Origin: Octopus vulgaris
Lineage: Eukaryota
Reading direction: 5' to 3'
Assembly (NCBI GenBank): GCA_951406725.2
Contig: OX597815.1
Coordinates: 77,066,001-77,130,000, forward strand
DNA length: 64,000 nt
Made by a program: the position numbers and the translations under genes. Below the pieces are notes generated by a model, which worked only from the letters and a program-made list of their open reading frames with translations, was not told the origin of the DNA and made no database searches. This document shows, in pieces, positions 53,150-64,000 of this stretch. How positions within the stretch are numbered: position 1 is the stretch's first letter; each line of letters starts with the position of its first letter.

Positions 53150-53829
53150 CTCTCTCTCTCTCTCTCTCTACCTCTCTCAGTATCTCACTCTTTCTCTCGC
53201 TCTCACACTATTCGTTTTATGAATATAATTGTTGCATTTTTAATATTCATATATATATGTGTGTGTGTGTGTGTCTGTGTGCGCGCGTGTGTGTTCTCTT
53301 CTGCTTTCAATCATTTGAAGTCTTCCTGTAAGGAAGGAGCTAGTTTCTAGCAAAGATACAAAGTTCAATCGATGGAATGTAGATAACAAAAACTGTCATC
53401 TTGAACTTGGGAACATCTTGCATTTTTTAACTGTGATTTTTTTCTGAAAACTCTAGCTTTTGTGTATGTGTATGTGCATACATATGTGTTTGTATGTGTG
53501 TACACACACATACATACACTTTATGCGAAGGCCAACTTTGCTTTACATCTTTTCGGAATAAATAAGGTACTGGGATCGATTTAGTCGAGCGATTTTCTCC
53601 CCTCTTGTTTCTAGCTTTGTATCTAAATTAGAAACAATTATTCACGTATAATTATTTATAGATATAGTGGTCGTATACTGTCAACTCAATGTGACAGTCC
53701 CGTAAGGGAATTACACCACCGCCATTTAGCCCTAGGAAACATCGACGTCTCCTGTTGGCTTTGACACATTTTCTGTGTCCTTATATTTGCAAAGGGGAGG
53801 CAATAACCCTCGCCAGCTGGGACTAAGCA

Positions 53830-53875
53830 CCTGAAGGCATATGTTTCTGAGTCTATTGCTCGTCGTCAGTTCAGG
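53830..53875 (-). ncRNA. Hammerhead ribozyme, probably inactivated (GCC triplet)
   Basis: Minus strand: CCTGAA-CTGACGA-CGAG..CTCA-GAAAC-ATAT-GCC-TTCAGG. Confidence 0.6.
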
Positions 53876-54021
53876 GTAGCCAGTTTCGCTCGCTGAGATG
53901 ACTGCAACCTCTTCGCAAATATATCATATTTTCAGTAAAATTTATTTACTGATCACCGAAATTAGAAATATTGAATTTCTAAATGTCTCAGAGAGACATA
54001 AGCGGCGGTGGAAGGACACAT

Positions 54022-54070
<49 letters not shown>

Positions 54071-54077
<7 letters not shown>

Positions 54078-54870
54078 ATAAAATGGGACAAGAACGCAAA
54101 ACATTCAGATAGACGATTCAAAGAAAACAAGGACGAGTCATTCGGATTCCTTTTCTCAGTCGAGTTCCAGATTATCTTTGCAATTTCGGCTGGTTATACA
54201 CGAGAATGTTCCAATCTGGCCAGCCCCTAGGAAAAACTAAACTAAGAGCATTAGATTCCTTCGAATAAAGCAGCGACTGTATACAAAAACAAGGACGGAA
54301 AAAAAAAACAAGGAAATATTACACAAATACAAATAACAGGACATAATAACAGGTGTCTTTTGACTAAGGACGAATTAAATTAAGCTGGCGTGTGCGGGAG
54401 TAAAGCCTTACGGCAGGAACATATGATTTGACAGACACAGGAAGGAATATAGATGTTGCACGGATGGTAGTCGAACCAAGAAAGAAAGGTCAGGCTTGGC
54501 CGAACATCGGTCACGTGGGAAGAGAAGAGAGAGAAGTAGAGGCAGAGGGATAGAAGAATTAAGGAGGAGCGAGAAAAAACTGAAAGGCAAACAGTGAAGT
54601 GAAAGAGGAGGGAAAGTGAATATGAAGAGGAAGGCCAGGAAATGTGAGAGAGGGGAAACGAAAGAACGAAGAGTGGAATGAACAAGGTAAGTGTGAAAAG
54701 GATGATAGAAAGAAGGAAAGAATGAAAGAATAGAAAGAATAATAGAGTCGTACAAAATTTAGATATATATATATATACTTACATATACGAGACCAAAGTG
54801 TACGTACGACGCGGTATCTTTATATATAAAAATACAAAAACCGGACAAGAACGTAAAACATCTAGTTAGA
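54071..54870 (-). mobile_element. (TA)n-terminated element with pyrimidine-rich body and a duplicated terminus (Penelope-like)
   Basis: GGACAAGAACG(C/T)AAAACAT occurs at ~54086 and ~54843, each near a TA tract. Confidence 0.4.
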
Positions 54871-55208
54871 TATATATATATATTTGTATATATTTGTGAC
54901 ACCTACTTCCTCTCTTTACTCCTACCCACCTTCTCTCTTCCTTGATACCATCTCCTTCCCTCCCCACATACACATCCCACCCCCTACATCCACATCACTA
55001 CCCCACACGTCCGCACCCCTACCTCCACACCCACACACCCATACACCCACACACCCAATATCTTGGAAATGTATTTGGCGGACAGAATATGAGTATGTAT
55101 GTATGTATGTATGTATGTATGTATGTATGTATGTATGTATGTATGTTGTATTATTATGTATGTATGTATGTACGTACGTACGTATGTATGTATTTATGCA
55201 TGTACCTA

Positions 55209-55569
55209 TGATCGAGAAGCTGAATCACAATGACTTTTTTGTGTGTACACTTTGTGACAGACCATGTCTTTCTTTTGCTTGGCTCAAATCTCATTTACGA
55301 ACCCTCACCAACTACAGTGCCTATATGTCTGTGCACACCTTTCAATGTAATGTACGCCAGAAGATCTGCAAATCTAACGGAGGCCTCAAAAGACATTTTA
55401 CGATCCACAAAGATCAGAACTTACCTGCAGCTCTTTGTGGCCCAAATCGGATATGCAATCTATGTGGGTGTCTTTTCAAAACATTGTCTGGTTTAAAAAT
55501 CCACATCAGATACCATGATGATTCAAAGGTGTAGGTACAGGAGGTGGTCAAACTCAGCATAAGGAGTCG
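55209..55569 (+). mobile_element. 5'-truncated RTE-like LINE 3' end with three degenerate C2H2 fingers, in (TATG)n
   Basis: CTLCDRPCLSFAWLKSHL, CNVRQKICKSNGGLKRHFTIH, CNLCGCLFKTLSGLKIHIRYH. No TGEKP linkers, ~35-nt 3' UTR, (TATG)n on both sides. Confidence 0.6.
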
Positions 55570-55914
55570 TATGTATGTATGTATGTATGTATGTATGTAT
55601 GTATGTATGTATGTATGTATGCATGTATGTGTGTGTGTGCATCTGTATGTATGCATCCATGCACGTATGTATGTATATATGTATGTTTGTATCTATGTAT
55701 CTATGTATGTATGCATATGAGTTTATGTTTGTCAGCCACACCACTACTTGACAATCGTTGTTGGCTTGTTTACGTCGCCGTAAGCTAGAGTTTTGGCAAA
55801 AGAGATCGATAGCATAAGTACCAGACTTCAGATTGAGTACTGGAGTCAATTTATTCGACTAAACATTTCAAGGTAGCGCAGTCACTATAAACACACACAC
55901 ACACACACACACAT

Positions 55915-55974
<60 letters not shown>

Positions 55975-56126
55975 TTTCGGTATGGTAGATGAGTTCAGCA
56001 AAAATTTAGATTCAGATGAATATGGTACTTAAGTTGAGGCACCAGAATTTAGTACGGTATTATCCATACAATTTCAAAGTAGGGTGATTAAAATCAAAAT
56101 AAGCAACAAGGATATCCAGAGGTAAT

Positions 56127-56211
56127 GCAGTACGATCGTTTCATGCAACTCCATTTAATTGAACAATGCAATCATTACATCAATTTAAAATGCAGAGCAA
56201 TCTTCAGCTGC
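56127..56211 (-). ncRNA. Type I hammerhead ribozyme with extended stem II
   Basis: Minus strand: GCAG-CTGAAGA-TTGC...GCAT-GAAAC-GATC-GTA-CTGC (palindromic ACGATCGT). Its module ends at (TA)n ~55972. Confidence 0.68.
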
Positions 56212-56379
56212 GCAAAGACATAGAATTTAATTAAATTGGAATAGATGGACACATTAATATAATTATACCTAAGATCTCCAGGAAGTTAAGGAGATAGACA
56301 AAGAACATGCTGTCTCACTCCAGTTTAGAAGTTACGGAATTTTCAAGATATACATTATTACAGACTCTGCCTGTCACTG

Positions 56380-56578
56380 ACTTTTTCTTTTTATGGGGTC
56401 AGTTTTAATTTATAGACTAGTTTATCACGTTTTCTTTCAATTTTTTTTGTCGAAGAGCGTGAGCTCGAAACGTCAAAGCCTTTTCCGTTCTTCCTGAGCG
56501 TTAAGCCAATACACCTGTTTATTGTTCCTTCACCTTTCTTCGTCTTTTGTTTTCTGTAAACTTGAACTATATATATAC
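56380..56578 (+). mobile_element. Penelope-like family E module with variant hammerhead
   Basis: TTTGTCGA-A-GAGC-GTGA-GCTC-GAAAC-GTC-AAA (~56446-56476), then TTCCTGAGCGTT, ending at TATATATATA. Confidence 0.6.
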
Positions 56579-56639
56579 AAGCATTCGTACCTACGCGATA
56601 AGGATGATGCCAGCTCACACCATATAGTTAATAGATATT

Positions 56640-57055
56640 GGTTTCAAATTTTGGCACAAGGCCAGCAATTAAGTCTATTAGATTGGCCCCAGTACTCAAC
56701 TGCTACTTATTTTATCGATTCCGAAAGGGATGAAAGGCAAAATCAGCATCGCTGGAATTTGAACCCAGAATGTTAAGACGGACGAAATGCCGCTAAGCAT
56801 TTTGCCGGGCATGCTAACGATTCTTATTACTCTACTGCCTATAAGGGGCTAAACACAGAGGGAACAAACAAGGACAGACAAACGGATTAAGTCGATTATA
56901 TCGACCCCAGTGCGTAACTTGTACTTAATTTATCGACCCCGAAAGGATGAAAGGCAAAGTCGACCTCGGCGGAATTTGAACTCAGAACGTAGCGGCAGAC
57001 GAAACACCGCTTAGCATTTCGCTCAGCGTGTTAACATTTCTGCCAGCTCGCCGCC
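56640..57055 (-). mobile_element. Dimeric SINE family A
   Basis: Two B-box units and a head ending TGCCAGCTCGCCGCC. Confidence 0.85.
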
Positions 57056-57884
57056 TTAAATGGTTAATAGACATTAAAACTAGTTTTTCATTATTGTGAC
57101 TATTTGAGTTTATTTTCATATAATAAAAGGTAAAGTGAAAAAAAACTTTGCAGTAAAATATCAGGTATTATACGCTTGCCTAATTTTGCATTTGGTGTAT
57201 ATCATATTACATATAGAATCTTAAGATAAATATATTTACACCCACATCTACATGCTTATACAGACAGAGAAGAAGAAAGAGAAAAAGAAAATAATTATTT
57301 CATCACACGATTAGAAGTGTATAAACAGAAAAAAGGTTGAAAATGCACCTAAAAGTCTATCAAATATTTATTTACATTTACTTCACCGGTTTCACATTTT
57401 CATGGCGCCTAAAATTTGTGTAAACTGGAAGGGTTGGGAGCAATACCGTATTTGTTTCGACAAGAGACAAAAACAGCATGACTAGTATTTATGCTAAGTA
57501 AAATTATTAACTTAGAATTCCAACAAACTACCAAAATATTTAAAGGTGATGATGATGATGATGATGATGACGACGACGACGATGACGACGATGATGATGA
57601 TGACCTATGATAAAAAGCCCTCTAGACTTGACCATCTTGTTTTGGGTGCATTTAAAACTACATTATCTTGTGTCTCGTTCGCTGCTACATCTTATGACAC
57701 AGTTTTCTTTAATACGCATGAAAATTTTGTCCAGAAAAGAACAAATGATTATTTATCATGCTTATGGTTTCCCCTTGAGTATAAGAATGCGTGAGAAGTT
57801 AGTATCAAATTAATATGATTGTGATGATGATGATGATGATAATTTCTTTATTATTCTGTTAATAATTACTGTATTTGTAATAAT

Positions 57885-58081
57885 CCTATTTCCTGTAGGC
57901 AAAACGACTGAAACTGGGGTGGGGGCGTGGCAAGTCGATTACATAAATGATACCTATTTTATCGACCCCGAAAGAATGACAAGTAAAGTCGACTTCGGCA
58001 AAATTTGAACCCAAACGTGAAGACGATCTAAATGTCGCTAAAAAAATTTTTCCGGCGTGCTAACGATTCTGCTAGTTCACC

Positions 58082-58143
<62 letters not shown>

Positions 58144-58572
58144 CTTTTCTACTGTATGTGCATGCCTTTTTAATCCTTTCTACTTGAGGCACAATGCCTT
58201 AAATTTTGGTGGGAGGGTGCTAGCCGATTGCATCGACCCCAGTGTTTCACAGGTACTTAATATATCGATCCCGAAAGGATGAAAGGCAAACTCGACCTCG
58301 GCGGAATTTGAACTCAGAACGTAACGGCAGACGAAATACCTATTTCTTTACTACCCACAAGGGGCTAAACACAGAGAGGGCAAACAAAGACAGACAGATG
58401 GATTAAGTCGATTATATCGACCCCAGTGTGTAACTGGTACTTATTTAGTCGACCCCGAAATGATGAAAGGCAAAGTCGACCTCGGCGGAATTTGAACTCA
58501 GAACGTAACGGCAGACGAAATACGGCTACGCATTTCGCCCGGCGTGCTAACGTTTCTGCCAGCTCGCCGTCT

Positions 58573-58609
<37 letters not shown>

Positions 58610-58830
58610 AGTAATAATAATAATCGTTTCTACAAAATGCTGAAATTTGGGGAGGGCAATAGGCGATTACATCGACCCCCAGTGTTGCAAGAGTATTTGT
58701 TTTATCGGTCGTGAAAGGATTAAAGGTAAACTCGACCTCGGCGAAATTTGAACTCAGAATGTAAAACCGGAAGAAATGTCGCGAAGCATTTTGTCCTGCG
58801 CCGCAACGCTCTAATGATTCTACCACTTCA
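57885..58830 (-). mobile_element. Three SINE family A copies (57885-58082, 58173-58571 dimeric, 58624-58830) separated by (AAT)n/(GAT)n
   Basis: Family A motifs, all on the minus strand. Confidence 0.85.
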
Positions 58831-59122
58831 CCTATTTCTCAGAGGGACGCAAGGGTACAAGTTTAGGAAAAGAGAAACTGTCGATTATATATTAAAGTCA
58901 GTATTTGACCAGTACTTTATTTTATGAACCATACAGAAGAAAGGAGGACTAATTCAAAAACCAGTGAGACTTGAACCATAAAAGTAAAAAGACTCGACTA
59001 ATTAGCGATAGTCATTTCGTACGTGCACAATCAACTTCGCCATCCAGAATTCTGAAAAAGGTTAAAGGATTAACATAAATTACTAACTAACCCACACACA
59101 TACACACATATACTCTTTCTCT

Positions 59123-59155
<33 letters not shown>

Positions 59156-59696
59156 CCTCACGCATGCGCGCAAACAGGCAGGCGAGTGGGCAGACAGACA
59201 GGCAGACAGACAGACAGACAGAGTGAGTGAGTGAGTGAGTGAGAGAATGCGTGATGAAGAGGGGGAGAGAGAGACTCATGTGCGCATACTTATACACTTA
59301 GAGTAAGTTGTTATCTCTATCAAAATACTAAGAGGGTAGAGCGAAATATCACCATAAACGTAAAATAGTCCAATAGTAGTTAAACGTAATGGAAAGCAGA
59401 TAAGAGTATCCCAAACACGAGGAAGCGCGAAAAATTAAATGACAGCAGCCACACATACAGGAAATATGCCAATGCATGAATAGAAGAACGGAATAAGGAA
59501 AGGAATAACAAAAACAAAAATATTAGGTGATCACAGCATGAGAGTTAACAGCGTCTCAATGGACAATTACAAAATTGAATAAACAAGCAAATTAGTTACA
59601 TCTGCCTCCAAATCTTACACCTGAAAAAAGAAACAGAAGGCGATAAGTAGCTCAAAAGTGCTTTCATCAAACTAAACACTATGTTATATATAAATA

Positions 59697-59836
59697 TGGC
59701 CGGGTGGTTAAAACGTTGGACTGATGAACATATAAGGTCGTAGGTCTGATTCTTGGATCGGATGATGTGTTATGTCCTCGAGCAAGGTGTATCATTTCAC
59801 ATTTCTCCAGTTTACTTAACTGAAAATTAGTACCAG
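59697..59836 (+). mobile_element. SINE family C head (old)
   Basis: TGGCCGGGTGGTTAA...TCCTCGAGCAAGG...CATTTCACATTTCTCCAGTTTACTTAACTG. Confidence 0.55.
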
Positions 59837-60057
59837 CCTAGAAGCGGGTGCAGTTCTCTCTCCTTCCAACAGTCACAACTTTAATGTTCGTCTGGGCCGA
59901 TGGATGTGAAGGGCGAGAGAACGTCTGCGCCAACCCGCAAAAACACCGGCACGAAAACAATTAATAAAAATATGGTATGTGCTTTAAGATCCTACAGAAA
60001 GACACACACGCGACTACGCTTATCCGCACACATGCATACACACACACACACACAAAG

Positions 60058-60112
<55 letters not shown>

Positions 60113-60118
60113 ACATTT

Positions 60119-61292
<1,174 letters not shown>

Positions 61293-61608
61293 ATTTCTAC
61301 TTCAGCAACTCAGCGCTGAAATATAAAATATATTTCTCTCTGAAATATAACAGAAAATAGGTCAGTTTCAAAACATCGATGTGCAGGTCACAAAGGCAAA
61401 GTTTGAAGGGAATAGAAGTCATTTCCTTTTATTTCTAGATAGAAACAATTAGGAAATAACACTTACTGACCAAAGACATACAAAAACAGTAAAGATTTTG
61501 TTACACTGTGTTATCGATCTGTTGCACTTATTTCCAGTATCTTAAAAGTATTAGATTAGCTATGACTTTCTTCAATACCAAATACTATGAATTTCTCTCT
61601 CAGCTCTC

Positions 61609-61644
<36 letters not shown>

Positions 61645-61652
61645 CTTCTCTA

Positions 61653-61756
<104 letters not shown>

Positions 61757-61774
61757 TATCTATCTATCTACTCT

Positions 61775-61835
61775 CCCTTTCACGACCAGCTGCATGGCTT
61801 TCGTAGAACCAGATCTAAGGGGAGCGCCAAAATGG
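61775..61835 (+). pseudogene. Tiny non-LTR RT fragment
   Basis: FHDQLHGFRRTRSKGSA resembles the Q.GFR..RST..A RT motif. Confidence 0.3.
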
Positions 61836-62680
61836 GTAAAGAGATCTCACATTTCAATCTAAAATGAGGAGTATCCATGTCATAAGTAATGTATTTTATG
61901 TTTGCCCTGTAGCATGTTTTCCAGTCCATAATGGCGCTGTTATCACTTGCTCCAATTCCTTCCATTGTTTTATAGAAGCCAACTTCGTTGCTTTGGAGAC
62001 GAAGGTTACTTAATTCTTCCATACTTTACTGAATGTGATACGAACATACAACTAATATATACGTGTGTATATATATATATATATATATCATACATATAAG
62101 AGGGATGACCACAACGTGGACATCCATTATGGTGGAAGTAGATCCTCTATGGTCTTACCACTAAGAAAGGAATGTTCCCAAGAAAAATTTAGCAAACGCC
62201 AGAACGTAAGCGAGCAAGACATGAAAAGAAACAAAATATAGATTAATCATAAACTAATTTCGCTATTAATACTTACGTAATTGTTTGTAGCTCTTCAGTA
62301 TGATCGTCATTTCAAATATAATTTGAAGAACTATACACGGGACGTCCGCCTGAGATTGAACATGTATATAGTTCTACCAATTACACTTAGGGTTATCTTT
62401 CAAAAGTCTTCATTTTGGCGCGCTAAAATACCGGAAATAATTCTGCAGAAAATAATTCTCTGCAGTGAATTTTAAATTTTCATTTCACCCTTATTATCTT
62501 TAATGTAAATTTATACATACATATATATATATATACAGGTAATGTCGATTTGGTGGAGTGAGCTTGTACGAACACAAATATTTGATCATTCTAAACAAAT
62601 CAACTGTGCGGTTGTTCAGCAAGAAATTGAAGAACCTTCATATGTCGCCTAACGGCGGGAGAGTTCATGGTGTGTGTGTG

Positions 62681-62737
<57 letters not shown>

Positions 62738-62744
62738 ACATATG

Positions 62745-62776
<32 letters not shown>

Positions 62777-63058
62777 TGTATGTATGTATGTATGTATATG
62801 CATATATAGGTACAGGACATCACCAATTGTGTAAACAACAAGAAATACGAAAACAAACGAGTTAAATACGAGAGAAAAAATGGAAAACAGAATATGTAAC
62901 AGAGAACGATCCTTCATCAGTTGTCGACTGTCTATTTACTCCTTATTTAGCGCATTCAACGACAATATGAGTCTTCGAAGACAGTTGCTCCCATAAATTC
63001 CAAAATATAATTTTGGTTTTATGGAGAGTGAAAGTTGGGAACAAGTAAATATAAATTA

Positions 63059-63094
<36 letters not shown>

Positions 63095-63486
63095 TGTATG
63101 TATGTATGTATGTATGTATGATTGTAGTCTCTCGTAGTCCGAGAAGGAGGGTTCTGCAATTTCTTGCTGATCAACCTGTGCAAATGATTTGTTTATTGCG
63201 ATGAAATATTTTTGCTATGCATTAGTTCACTCCCTCCGTCAAATCAACGTTGATTCAATGGGTGCAGTGTACTACACATCAGATGTCTAAATGATCGTAA
63301 GCAACGTATTTTGCTCAAGAATCCAAGACACCATTCGGTCTAACGATTGTGAGTGCAACACTCAAGCCAGTAGCACACACACACGCACACACACATACAC
63401 ACATACATACATACATACATACATACATACATACATACATACATACATACATACATACATACATACATACATACATACATACATAC

Positions 63487-64000
63487 AAAAAGCCTTGAAC
63501 TAGTTACAACATTATCAAAGGATGTAGGGTTGGAGTTTGGTCAGGATAAATGTTATATGGTTGTGAAAAAGGGGAAAACTATAAACCAGACTAGTGGCAT
63601 CTCTGTCAATGATTTGTCTGTTTCCCCTGTATCTGACGAGAAATGTTACAGATATCTAGAGGTGGGTGAAAATATATCTTACAGTACCACCTGTAACAAA
63701 ACACGTATAACTAAAGAATATTACGCCCTCAGAACTCTCTGCATTCAATGAAACAGTGGCCCACAATGTGTTTGCAGTGCCAATTCTCATACCAACACAT
63801 GGGCTGCATGATTGAACGCTTGATGAGATCCGAGCCATTCATGTGAAAACCCGAAAAGTAATAACAAGTACACATGATTTCCACATAAACAGTGATGTGG
63901 ACCGCCACTACCTAATACGAAAACAAGACGGGAGAAGCTTAACATCGGTCCAAAATGCCTTTGAATGTCGCATCATATCCCTTCGGCAGCATCTTTTAAG
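63487..64000 (+). pseudogene. 5'-truncated R4/Dong-like LINE inserted after (CATA)n, continuing off the window
   Basis: LELVTTLSKDVGLEFGQDKC, YRYLEVGE, NVFAVPIL, KTRKVIT...HINSDVDRHYLIRKQDGRSL are RT/thumb motifs of R4-type RLE LINEs. Confidence 0.8.

Noticed and set aside
54884-55534. Host C2H2 zinc-finger gene (216 aa)
   Set aside because: The N-terminus is microsatellite, fingers lack TGEKP linkers and some ligands, and the unit is flanked by TATG repeats like a truncated LINE.
62808-63050. Hammerhead at minus-strand CTGATGAAGG (~62911-62920); weaker cases at ~5270, ~6085, ~45000-45105 and ~53949
   Set aside because: No properly placed GAAA/stem III, or too many core mutations. At most decayed Penelope-like remnants.

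Overview
AT-rich eukaryotic (metazoan) DNA packed with microsatellites and transposon debris. I infer an Octopus-like cephalopod from the SINE families and the (TA)n/(CATA)n/(ATT)n load. I can support no intact host protein-coding gene: nearly all ORF-track entries are microsatellite translations, and the real coding remnants are retrotransposon or transposase fragments. These are an L1/Tx1 LINE, three R4/Dong-type RLE LINE families, an RTE-like zinc-finger tail, a CR1-like end and pogo remnants. The window also holds about 40 tRNA-derived SINE copies (three head types) and hAT-, Merlin-, Tc2- and foldback-type MITEs. Most notable: (1) minimal hammerhead ribozymes with palindromic stem III on Penelope-like modules that mostly end at (TA)n, including a tail-to-tail pair with greatly enlarged stem II; (2) a TSD-flanked tRNA-headed SINE whose tail is a hammerhead; (3) a 554-bp full-length non-autonomous element that always inserts in (AAT)n, linked to R4/Dong LINEs by an internally deleted chimera; (4) a (CATA)n-targeting RLE LINE apparently nested in its own 3' UTR; (5) a 34-bp minisatellite amplified from a SINE segment. 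All calls were made by eye, and coordinates of degenerate repeats are approximate.
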